A DNA stretch of 64,000 nt from Candidatus Micrarchaeota archaeon (GTDB lineage Archaea > Micrarchaeota > Micrarchaeia > Micrarchaeales > Micrarchaeaceae): assembly GCA_021810105.1 (NCBI GenBank), contig JAJZJM010000001.1, forward strand, positions 296,850-360,849, given 5' to 3'. Under the pieces are notes generated by a model. The model had not been told where the DNA came from, made no database searches, and saw only the letters and a program-made list of their open reading frames with translations. The position numbers were made by a program, and so were the translations under genes. Position 1 is the stretch's first letter; every line of letters starts with the position of its first letter. Below are positions 52,775 through 60,925 of the stretch, piece after piece.

Positions 52775-53567
52775 CTTTTTCTCTTTTCAGTTTTTCTTTT
52801 TCAAACTTAAATACTCCCTGTTTAGATAATCTTGATTCTGCTATGTTAAGCGCTTTTTTTATCTTGTTCTCTGCTTCAGAGTAATCTTTGCCTTCTGCTG
52901 AGAACCTGTATTTCGGGGCGCTTATATAGAAGATTTCCACGCCGGTTTTCCTGCCGTCTTCCAATATCGACCTCAATTCTGAAGCCCCGGATTCCGTATT
53001 ATAACTGGTCATTGTTACTATATACGAAACCTCTTTTTTCTTCTCTTTCATGTTTGCTTTTATTATCTTCTTTATTTCCTCTTTTAATTTTTCAGGTATG
53101 TTTAGGTTTTCAAACCATTCGTCCTCAGATATTGCGTGCTGAAATAACTCGGAATACCCTCTATTCTCTACTCTTATTCTTTCCATCTTTTCTTCCGTGC
53201 CTTTTACTCCGGATGCCTTTATCGACTGCTGAACAAGTGCGGTTAGCCTTTTTTCTAGATTATACTTTCCTATTTTGTCTTTTGTTTCTTTAGGAGTAAC
53301 CTTCTTTAACGATACATCTATTGAACGCCTATCTTTATCATAGAGCACAACTTTGCATACTATGTTTTGCCCTTCGTGTATAAACTCTCTTATGTTCTTT
53401 ATCCATCCCGATGATACCTCTTTTATAGGAAGGAATACCTCTATATTGGAATATTCAGGAAGCCTGCAGTACGCGCCGAACTGCATGACTTTGGATACTT
53501 GTACGATTACGAGTTCACCAATCTTTGGTATGTTGGGTGCGTTTTCTCTGTTTCCTTCTTGTTGCAT
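52752..53567 (-). CDS. eif2a: Translation initiation factor 2 subunit alpha (aIF2-alpha)
   Basis: The S1 domain reads GELVIVQVSKVMQFGAYCRLPEYSNIEVFLPIKEVSSGWIKNIREFIHEGQNIVCKVV. Length is 271 aa. Confidence 0.9.
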   Translation of the reverse strand: MQQEGNRENAPNIPKIGELVIVQVSKVMQFGAYCRLPEYSNIEVFLPIKEVSSGWIKNIREFIHEGQNIVCKVVLYDKDRRSIDVSLKKVTPKETKDKIGKYNLEKRLTALVQQSIKASGVKGTEEKMERIRVENRGYSELFQHAISEDEWFENLNIPEKLKEEIKKIIKANMKEKKKEVSYIVTMTSYNTESGASELRSILEDGRKTGVEIFYISAPKYRFSAEGKDYSEAENKIKKALNIAESRLSKQGVFKFEKEKLKREKDDILAQI

Positions 53568-53574
53568 TACTTTA

Positions 53575-53868
53575 TCACTGTGTTTTAATTTCTAATTTTT
53601 TCTTTGTCCTGGTGCCGATGACTCTTTCAACCATATATTTGCATTCTTTGCACTCAAGAAGGACCTTTTGACGCTTTGACGCTTTTATTCTAGTTGCCTG
53701 TCCTTTAACTTTTCCTATATATCCTTTTAGCTTCCTCATCCTTCTCCTTGTACCCATGCTGAGCCCGCTTTCCTGCTTCCCTGCATATACTTTAACAATG
53801 TGTGTAGTGTGCTTATTGCACCTAGGGCAGAATGTCCTTATCTCTTTTACTATTTTCATACAATTCAC
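53575..53868 (-). CDS. rpl44e: 50S ribosomal protein L44e
   Basis: It has a CPRCNKHTTH ... CKEC zinc ribbon, a basic composition and a length of 97 aa. Confidence 0.85.
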   Translation of the reverse strand: MNCMKIVKEIRTFCPRCNKHTTHIVKVYAGKQESGLSMGTRRRMRKLKGYIGKVKGQATRIKASKRQKVLLECKECKYMVERVIGTRTKKKLEIKTQ

Positions 53869-53869
53869 T

Positions 53870-54397
53870 TTATGTGATTTCCTTGCATATGTTGTTGTTT
53901 ATCAGAAAATTTATATCTTCCTTGCTGCGGGATTTTACATTTACCAGCTGATCTTTTTCAAAAGGGCCCTCCTTGTTGCCTGATGGAAGCATTATCTCAG
54001 GGATTTTTTGTATTGCTATCAGGGTTTTTTGCTCTTCTACCTGCGCCGTGCTTAGTTGTTTCGATTTGAGTACAGCTAAGACCTCATTATAAAGCTCTTC
54101 GTCTTGCCTTGGGGATTGCCCTGGCATTTGTTTTCCGTATGCCACATATAGCAATATCTTCTGTTTTCTTTTTTCGAATATTGAATTTATAAGCCTTTGT
54201 GCATTACTGACTTGAAGGTCAGTATCTTCGGTCTTTTGTTTTTTAAGTTCGTTTATCAAAATTACAACATCTTCATAAAGAGTCTTTGGTATGAGCTGTA
54301 GCTCATTTGACTGCTTCTCTTTTTGGTATATTTGCCATATCATTTCATATTCGATATTAGATCCAAGTTCAACCACTGGTACACCCCATACTTCCAC
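53870..54397 (-). CDS. GINS subunit (Gins51-like)
   Basis: The A-domain pattern is IYQKEKQSNELQLIPKTLYEDVV...FEKRKQKILLYV...DEELYNEVL. The B-domain-like C-terminus is IQKIPEIMLPSGNKEGPFEKDQLVNV...INFLINNNICKEI. Confidence 0.5.
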   Translation of the reverse strand: MEVWGVPVVELGSNIEYEMIWQIYQKEKQSNELQLIPKTLYEDVVILINELKKQKTEDTDLQVSNAQRLINSIFEKRKQKILLYVAYGKQMPGQSPRQDEELYNEVLAVLKSKQLSTAQVEEQKTLIAIQKIPEIMLPSGNKEGPFEKDQLVNVKSRSKEDINFLINNNICKEIT

Positions 54398-54503
54398 TAA
54401 TCGCTACTTTTATACTATAATGTTTCTAATGAATAGAATATAAATCATATTATTATAAGGCTAAGCAAATGTAAATATTAGTGGAACTGAGGGGGTATAA
54501 AAA

Positions 54504-54578
54504 TAGCGAGGAATGGATTTGAACCATTGATCTCTGGGTTATGAGCCCAGCGGGCACTCCAGACTACCCTACCTCGCT
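54504..54578 (-). tRNA. Initiator tRNA-Met (anticodon CAU)
   Basis: The reverse complement reads AGCGAGG-TA-GGGT-AGTCTGGAGT-GCCC-G-CTGGG-CTCATAA-CCCAG-AGATC-AATGG-TTCAAAT-CCATT-CCTCGCT-A. The A1:U72 pair and the three G:C pairs closing the anticodon stem are archaeal initiator hallmarks. Confidence 0.85.
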
Positions 54579-54628
54579 ACAAAATATAATAATGAGATAA
54601 AAGAGTTTTTAATACATTGTGAAGCAAA

Positions 54629-55447
54629 TCACAAAATATCGTCGTTTTGGCCGAGCATTACTTCTTTTTCGTTGTTGTCAATTATGTTCTCTACATCTAA
54701 CCTGCTCATCCTTGAAAGCTTCTGGCCACATGTGCATTTGAATGAAGATTCAAAAGCAGAATCGAATGTAAAAATCACATTCTCTTTAGGATAGCAGTTA
54801 TTGCACATAAAATAATCATTGCAATCACTTGTAACTACTGTCTTTTCATTTGCCATATTATTTATGTAATCAAAGAAAGGTTCAACTTTGCTTGTGTTTA
54901 TATACCATGCAAATGACAGCCATCCTCCGGTATTCTTCGAAACATAATAATTGGTAAGTCCATGTCCGTGAAGCAGGTTGAGGATTCTTCTAATTGCGTT
55001 AATCTTCATTCCTAGCTTCTCTGCCAAGTATTCGTCTGTTTTTGGAGAGGTAAGCATCTTAAGCACTTCAGGTGACCATTTGCTAATATTCTTTTTAAGG
55101 AAGGACATTGCCATGTCATTCTGAAACAGTGAATTAAGAGAGGCACCAACCTCTTCGGGCGGCGCAATTACTGGCATTGTCTTTCTTGTACTTAATGGCG
55201 CAGCATCTGCGGCACGCTCTTTATGAATATTAGTTTTTGGTGTGCGCAAACGGCTTTGACTTTTGGAAACAGCATGCGCTTTCATGGTCTTCCTGACAAA
55301 GCTGCCAGAACTGCCACTATTGCGTACTCGCGCAGCTACCTTCACAGGTCTTCTTGAAATTTTTTGCCTTTTGCTCAGAACACGTTTTCTATTTATTGCA
55401 GCCATCTTATGCACTCGCCTGGTAACGAAGAAGTCGTCAAACGCCAC
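54629..55447 (-). CDS. tfe: Transcription factor E (TFE-alpha / TFIIE-alpha homolog) with a possible basic N-terminal extension
   Basis: The winged-helix region is DEYLAEKLGMKINAIRRILNLLHGHGL...WLSFAWYIN. The Zn-ribbon-like region is MCNNC...FKCTCG. The first ~90-110 aa are K/R/S-rich, so the true start could be M91 (55177) or M112. Confidence 0.7.
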   Translation of the reverse strand: MAFDDFFVTRRVHKMAAINRKRVLSKRQKISRRPVKVAARVRNSGSSGSFVRKTMKAHAVSKSQSRLRTPKTNIHKERAADAAPLSTRKTMPVIAPPEEVGASLNSLFQNDMAMSFLKKNISKWSPEVLKMLTSPKTDEYLAEKLGMKINAIRRILNLLHGHGLTNYYVSKNTGGWLSFAWYINTSKVEPFFDYINNMANEKTVVTSDCNDYFMCNNCYPKENVIFTFDSAFESSFKCTCGQKLSRMSRLDVENIIDNNEKEVMLGQNDDIL

Positions 55448-55764
55448 TATATTTAACGCATCTCAAATATTTAAATATAACTATATGGCGACTATTATAG
55501 GAAGTTGAATATTACCTCTGCACATTTTACCTGAATTTTAGCATATAATGGATCAAATGCAAACTAACACTCTCTGTAATCCTCTTATTCCGACAAACCT
55601 CCTTTTCTAAAGCATGAACAACCTTTTTCTGGTGCGGGAAGATATATGTGCAATCTGTCAGCCAAACAAAAAAGTATATAAACACAAACGGATAGATACT
55701 ACCACATATTAAACTAAAGCAGAATCCTAAGTTAAACGTAACGCAGGAAACTCGGTCTAAAAAG

Positions 55765-56340
55765 ATGATTCAGATGAGTATGTATAATCATATGAAGGAG
55801 GCATTTCAAGAGGAGTACAAACAGCGCAGTGACATCTACAAAGCCAGAATAACCAAGTGGAACTCTGAACCTCCAATAATGAGGATCAGCAAACCTACTA
55901 ACATAGCAAGAGCTAGAGAGCTGGGTTATAAGGCAAAAGAGGGGATACTTATGGCCAGAGTTAGGGTCAGGGGAGGCAAAAGCAAAAGAGAGGCACCCGA
56001 TGGAGGAAGAAAGCCCTCGAAAAGCGGCAGATTCTTTTCAAGAGCAAAATCTCTCCAAGCCATAGCCGAGGAAAGGGCTGCAACAAGGTTTTCCAATTGC
56101 GAAGTCCTAAACTCGTATTTTATAGGTGCTGCTGGAACAGAAAAATTTTATGAGATAATACTTCTGGACAGGAGCAATAAAGGAGTACAGAACTCTCCGC
56201 TCTATAAAGAGATACTCGCGCAGAGGGGCAGGGCATATCGCGGCCTGACTCACCAGGGAAGAAAGCATAGAGGATTGGCAAACAAAGGATATGGAACAAT
56301 AAAGCTAAGGCCAAGCAAAAGGGCAAGAAACATGGCTTAG
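55765..56340 (+). CDS. rpl15e: 50S ribosomal protein L15e
   Basis: YNHMKEAFQEEYK..., RARELGYKAKEGILMARVRVRGG and ...GRKHRGL fit L15e. Length is 191 aa. Confidence 0.9.
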   Translation: MIQMSMYNHMKEAFQEEYKQRSDIYKARITKWNSEPPIMRISKPTNIARARELGYKAKEGILMARVRVRGGKSKREAPDGGRKPSKSGRFFSRAKSLQAIAEERAATRFSNCEVLNSYFIGAAGTEKFYEIILLDRSNKGVQNSPLYKEILAQRGRAYRGLTHQGRKHRGLANKGYGTIKLRPSKRARNMA

Positions 56341-56465
56341 AATGTCTCAGTTCCGCAAATGCGCACCTACGGCAAAACAACTAAAAATATATAAATATGA
56401 ACAAGAGATATGTCTGTCTGTTAATTTAATCTGATTTTCAGGCAAGAACAAGCAAAGTGAATTTG

Positions 56466-57425
56466 ATGGCTAGAGGATCACTGCAATACTGGCAGAAAAG
56501 GAGGGCATACAGACGTTTGCCACGCGTACGCAATTACTTCTCTGACTCGAAAGAGCCATCAATAGTCGGCATAGTCGGATATAAAGCTGGAATGACTCAT
56601 GCAACAGTGGCAATCGCAGGAAAGCAAGAGGAGGCCCGCGCATGCACAATAATAGAAGTGCCAAGAATAGAGGCATACGGCATTCGCCTTTACAAAAAGG
56701 AAAGAGGTACAGGATACAAGAAGATTCTTAAGGAATTTCATGACAAGAACTCTGCTCAGAGGGCAGGGGTCAAGAAATCTGATGATTATAATGCAGAGTC
56801 CGCAAAGGCTCTACTTTCAGAAACCGTAGATGTAAGCGTGCTAATGGCGGCTTACCCAAAAGGCATGGCTACAGGACAGCATCATCCTGATAGGTTTGAA
56901 TCACACATATCTGGTAAAGATATAGCCAAAAAGTTTGAACTGGCGAACGGCATTCTCGGAAAGGAAATCAAGCCAGGAGACATATTCAAAGAGGGGGAGC
57001 ATACAGACATAATAACCATAACCAAAGGAAAAGGATGGGCAGGAGTAATAAAAAGGTTTGGTGTAGCTAGGCTGAACCACAAAGCGACTCAGAAAATAAG
57101 GCACGTAGGAGTCCTTGGATCTTTCGGAATAGGCAGGGTCCTATACTCTGTCCCGCAATCCGGTCAACTTGGCTTCAATTACAGGACAGAACAGAATAAA
57201 AGGATATTAAAGATAGGGAGGAAAGAAGACGTCGAGAGCATAAACCCAAAATCAGGATTTATAAATTATGGCAAAGTAAAGAGTGACTTCATCATAATAG
57301 ATGGGTCTGTAGGCGGACCTGCGAAGCGTCTTGTCAGAATAAGAAAATCAATAACAAATGTCGATTCAAAAGGAATAAAAGAAGCAAAAGTAACGTATAT
57401 CGCAACAACAGAAAGGTCATTATAA
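56466..57425 (+). CDS. rpl3: 50S ribosomal protein uL3
   Basis: ARGSLQYWQKRRA at the N-terminus, GYKAGMTH and ITKGKGWAGVIKRFG are present. It is the first gene of the L3-L4-L23-L2-S19-L22-S3 cluster. A GTG at 56457 is an alternative start. Confidence 0.95.
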   Translation: MARGSLQYWQKRRAYRRLPRVRNYFSDSKEPSIVGIVGYKAGMTHATVAIAGKQEEARACTIIEVPRIEAYGIRLYKKERGTGYKKILKEFHDKNSAQRAGVKKSDDYNAESAKALLSETVDVSVLMAAYPKGMATGQHHPDRFESHISGKDIAKKFELANGILGKEIKPGDIFKEGEHTDIITITKGKGWAGVIKRFGVARLNHKATQKIRHVGVLGSFGIGRVLYSVPQSGQLGFNYRTEQNKRILKIGRKEDVESINPKSGFINYGKVKSDFIIIDGSVGGPAKRLVRIRKSITNVDSKGIKEAKVTYIATTERSL

Positions 57426-58225
57426 TGTCTAATGCCAACATCTTGAACTTAGAAGGTAAAAAATCCGGCTCTGTGGAGCTTCCGGCAGCGTTTAACGAAA
57501 CTGTAAGAAGAGACCTCATCTCCAGAGCAATACATGCGGAGAACACAGGAAGGATGCAACCCCAAGGACACTACCTGCTCGCCGGAATGCAGACCACCGC
57601 AAGATACTACGGTGCAATGAGCTCGTACAGAACCGGAAGGCACATGGGAATGGCAATAAGACCAAGAGAAAAATTGGGAGGAGGTGTACAAGGAAAGGTA
57701 AAAAGGATTCCTTCAGCTGTAAAAGGAAAAAGAGCTCACCCGCATAAAATAGAGAAGGTTTTGACAGAGAGGATTAATTCCAAAGAATATCAAAAAGCCA
57801 TAAGGAGCGCAATAGCCGCAACAGTTAATCCTGATTATGCTAGGGTAAAATTAGACGGAAACATTCAATACCCTTTAATACTCTCAAAAGAGATAGAAAA
57901 AGTAAATAAGACGAAAGAAATTGTGATATTATTCAAAAAACTTGGTCTGGACGGCGCAATCCAGAAAGGCAAGGAAAAAAGGAAGAAAAAAGGAATAAGA
58001 AGAGGCGCAGAGCAGAAGAAGTACAAGAAAACAATATTAATGGTTCTCGGCGAAAATGGCGCTGCTGCAAAAGCTGCAAGAAATATAGCAGGCACTGATA
58101 TCTGCACAGTGGAAAACTTAACTGCAAATCAGCTTGCTCCCGGAGGTCTTCCAGGTAGGTTGACTATATGGAGCGAAGATGCGATAAGCAAACTGGACAG
58201 CGCAATAAAAAACATGAAATTATGA
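57425..58225 (+). CDS. rpl4: 50S ribosomal protein uL4
   Basis: The assignment rests on its position in the cluster, a basic loop region, and segments such as RAHPHK. Confidence 0.9.
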   Translation: MSNANILNLEGKKSGSVELPAAFNETVRRDLISRAIHAENTGRMQPQGHYLLAGMQTTARYYGAMSSYRTGRHMGMAIRPREKLGGGVQGKVKRIPSAVKGKRAHPHKIEKVLTERINSKEYQKAIRSAIAATVNPDYARVKLDGNIQYPLILSKEIEKVNKTKEIVILFKKLGLDGAIQKGKEKRKKKGIRRGAEQKKYKKTILMVLGENGAAAKAARNIAGTDICTVENLTANQLAPGGLPGRLTIWSEDAISKLDSAIKNMKL

Positions 58226-58233
58226 TGATATAA

Positions 58234-58488
58234 ATGGTCGGAATATTAAAATATCCTCTATCTACAGAAAAGGCCATAGGCCTGGTTAGCAGGGGTAATA
58301 CTCTTACATACATCGTAGATGCCAGGATAACTAAGAAAATGATAAAGGAAGAGATGGAAAAGATATTTAATGTAAAGGTCAGCAGAATAAGGACGGTAAA
58401 TACTGCAACGAACTTGAAAAAGGCTTACATTAAGCTTGCAAAGGGAAGCAGCGCAGAGGACGTAGCAAAGAGATTAAAACTGGTGTAA
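58234..58488 (+). CDS. rpl23: 50S ribosomal protein uL23
   Basis: ILKYPLSTEKA..., FNVKVSRIRTVN and its position in the cluster support the call. Length is 84 aa. Confidence 0.9.
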   Translation: MVGILKYPLSTEKAIGLVSRGNTLTYIVDARITKKMIKEEMEKIFNVKVSRIRTVNTATNLKKAYIKLAKGSSAEDVAKRLKLV

Positions 58489-58490
58489 AT

Positions 58491-59204
58491 ATGGGAAAAA
58501 GGCTTAGACAGCAAAGAAGGGGAAAAGGCTCCAAAACATATGCAAAGCCACCAGGAACTTTTGACATACGCGTCAACTACGCGAATAACGCCTCTATCAA
58601 AAAGGAAGGAGAGGTAATAAGGATATTTAACCACACAGGGCACACTGCCCCGTTGATAGAGGTCAGGTATGAAGATTTTACAACATCATTCATGATTGCA
58701 CCTGAAGGAATAAAGGTCGGCGACAAGGTTTATCTTGGCATGAACGTATTCTCTCTAGGGAGTACAATGAGGATGGGCGATATTCCTGAAGGTTTTCCGA
58801 TTTATAATATAGAGTCAACTCCTGGAGACGGAGGAAAGCTAGTCAGGAGTGCAGGAGCTGCCGCATACATTACCGCGCATCAGAGCGGATATACAAATGT
58901 GCTGCTGCCATCAAAGAATATAGTGCAAGTTAACAATGACTGCAGGGCACAGCTAGGTCTCGTAGCCGGAGGAGGCATGACAGAGCAGCCAATAATGAAA
59001 GCCGGAAAGAATCATTACATAATGCATGCTACAAATACGATGTGGCCTAAGATAAGGGGAGTCAAGAGCAACCCTGTAGACCACCCGTTTGGAGGAAAGC
59101 AGCACCACAAAGGAAAGAGCAGCATGACATCAAGGAATGCACCACCAGGAAGGAAGGTCGGGCATATAGCTGCAAGAAGAGTCGGAAGGAGGAAAAAAGG
59201 ATGA
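58491..59204 (+). CDS. rpl2: 50S ribosomal protein uL2
   Basis: PGDGGKLVRSAGA, MWPKIRGVKSNPVDHPFGG and GRKVG are conserved uL2 segments. Confidence 0.95.
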   Translation: MGKRLRQQRRGKGSKTYAKPPGTFDIRVNYANNASIKKEGEVIRIFNHTGHTAPLIEVRYEDFTTSFMIAPEGIKVGDKVYLGMNVFSLGSTMRMGDIPEGFPIYNIESTPGDGGKLVRSAGAAAYITAHQSGYTNVLLPSKNIVQVNNDCRAQLGLVAGGGMTEQPIMKAGKNHYIMHATNTMWPKIRGVKSNPVDHPFGGKQHHKGKSSMTSRNAPPGRKVGHIAARRVGRRKKG

Positions 59205-59208
59205 TTGA

Positions 59209-59604
59209 ATGGCAGAGAGAATCGCTTTTAAAGGACTATTGCCCTCGGATGCAGAGAAGCTTACTAATGAACAGTATATACAGCTGATAAAATCAAGGCA
59301 AAGACGCAGCATAAAAAGGAATGCGATGGATTACAGAAAGCTTTGTGAAAAAGTGGAGCGCATAAAGAAGAGCGGCAGCCAAAAGACAATAAAAACCCAT
59401 ACAAGAGAGGCAGTGATACTTCCATCTTGGATAGGATTAAGATTTGAGGTGCATAACGGCAAAACCTTCCAGATAGTCCAAATAGCAGCAAATATGCTCG
59501 GACATAGGCTTGGTGAATATGCATACAGCACCAAAAGCGTAGTGCACTCTGCACCAGGAATAAGCGCAACAAAAGGAAGCAAATTCATAGGAGAAAAGAA
59601 GTGA
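59209..59604 (+). CDS. rps19: 30S ribosomal protein uS19
   Basis: IGLRFEVHNGKTFQIVQI, MLGHRLGEYAYS and its position in the cluster support the call. Confidence 0.9.
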   Translation: MAERIAFKGLLPSDAEKLTNEQYIQLIKSRQRRSIKRNAMDYRKLCEKVERIKKSGSQKTIKTHTREAVILPSWIGLRFEVHNGKTFQIVQIAANMLGHRLGEYAYSTKSVVHSAPGISATKGSKFIGEKK

Positions 59605-60269
59605 CAAGTGGGAACATGGAATATTCATTCAATAGAAACAGGGAAGGGCTTGCATTTGCACACATGAAAGACATAAATGCGAGCTTCAAAGACCTGAGCA
59701 TAGTCTGCGATACTATAAGATACAAAAACGTGCAGCAAGCAATGACGATTCTCGATAAAGTGTCCGAAGGCGACATGCCCGTATTGTATAATAAATACAA
59801 CAAGTACATGGGGTCCAGGCATGAGCTTGGTGGCAGAAAGGGCAGATACCCTATGAAATGCGCACGGATAGTCAGGAAGGTCTTGATGAATGCGATAGCA
59901 AATGCCGAAAACAAAGGGGAAGACCCAGACAACATGTTTATAGTGCATGCTACAGCTAATAAGACGATGATCCTGCCAAGAATTGCGCCAAAAGGTGAGC
60001 TTAGGCTTGGCCATAATATGGGAAGAGGCTCTACAAGGAGGACAAATCTTGAGCTGGCAAAAATAGAGATGGCAATAGGATATGGCACAGAGGAAGGGCT
60101 TAGCGAGAGAATGAAGAAGAGCATAGAACTCAACAGAAAGAACAGCAAAGCAGGCATACAAAAAACCGACGCTAAAGCAAAACACCAGAGCCAGAAAAAA
60201 GAAGCAAAGGCTGCAGCACCAAAAGAGCAGAAAAAGCAGAATGTAAAAACTGAAGATAAAGTGAATTGA
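59601..60269 (+). CDS. rpl22: 50S ribosomal protein uL22 with a Lys-rich C-terminal extension
   Basis: The uL22 core covers roughly aa 1-155 (ASFKDLSIVCDTIR..., ...RTNLELAKIEMAI). It is followed by ~65 aa of K/E/A-rich sequence. Confidence 0.85.
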   Translation: MTSGNMEYSFNRNREGLAFAHMKDINASFKDLSIVCDTIRYKNVQQAMTILDKVSEGDMPVLYNKYNKYMGSRHELGGRKGRYPMKCARIVRKVLMNAIANAENKGEDPDNMFIVHATANKTMILPRIAPKGELRLGHNMGRGSTRRTNLELAKIEMAIGYGTEEGLSERMKKSIELNRKNSKAGIQKTDAKAKHQSQKKEAKAAAPKEQKKQNVKTEDKVN

Positions 60270-60892
60270 TGGCAATAGAAAGAAAATTCCTAGAAGATTC
60301 TATAATAAAGCTGAACATAACAAAGTACCTTGAGAAAGAGCTATCGAAAGCGGGATTCTCCAGGGTAGACATACAGAAGACTCCTGTACTGACAAGGATA
60401 ACCGTTTATGTTCTTAGCCCAGGCAGAGTTATAGGAAGGTCTGGCAAGACGATAGATTCTCTGACCGATAGCATAAAGAAGCGTTTCAAAGTTGAAAACC
60501 CCCAGATAAATGTCATGGAAGTTGAAAATAAAATGCTAGAGCCGCTTCTTGTTGCAAGGGAGATAGCAGAGAAATTCGAGAGAGGCATAAATGCAAGGAA
60601 AGTGATACAGTCAATGCTAAAGCAGATACTTGATAATGGTGCAATTGGCGCAGAGATAATCGCAAGCGGAAAGCTCGCAGCAAAGGGAGCTCGTGCAAAG
60701 ACGATAATAAAGAGCGTAGGTTACATCCCAAAAGCCGGAGACGTGGTTAATTATGTAAGAGAGGCACACGCCACAGCGTATCCAAAATATGGCGCAATAG
60801 GGGTCAAAGTGAGAATCGTGCCTCCAGGAACCGTCTTCCCCGGAATGAAAATAAAACCGATAGAAATACCGAAATCAATACTTAACAGTTAA
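60266..60892 (+). CDS. rps3: 30S ribosomal protein uS3
   Basis: The KH domain reads GFSRVDIQKTPVLTRITVYVLSPGRVIGRSGKTI. Its position in the cluster fits. Confidence 0.9.
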   Translation: MMAIERKFLEDSIIKLNITKYLEKELSKAGFSRVDIQKTPVLTRITVYVLSPGRVIGRSGKTIDSLTDSIKKRFKVENPQINVMEVENKMLEPLLVAREIAEKFERGINARKVIQSMLKQILDNGAIGAEIIASGKLAAKGARAKTIIKSVGYIPKAGDVVNYVREAHATAYPKYGAIGVKVRIVPPGTVFPGMKIKPIEIPKSILNS

Positions 60893-60925
60893 ATTGCTTT
60901 GCTTTAGAATGCTATAGATGTTCTA

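Noticed and set aside
59585-60275. 190-aa and 216-aa minus-strand ORFs.
   Set aside because: They are antisense to rpl22, which sits within a conserved ribosomal operon. The frames are open because of the Lys/Glu-rich (A/G-rich) coding strand.
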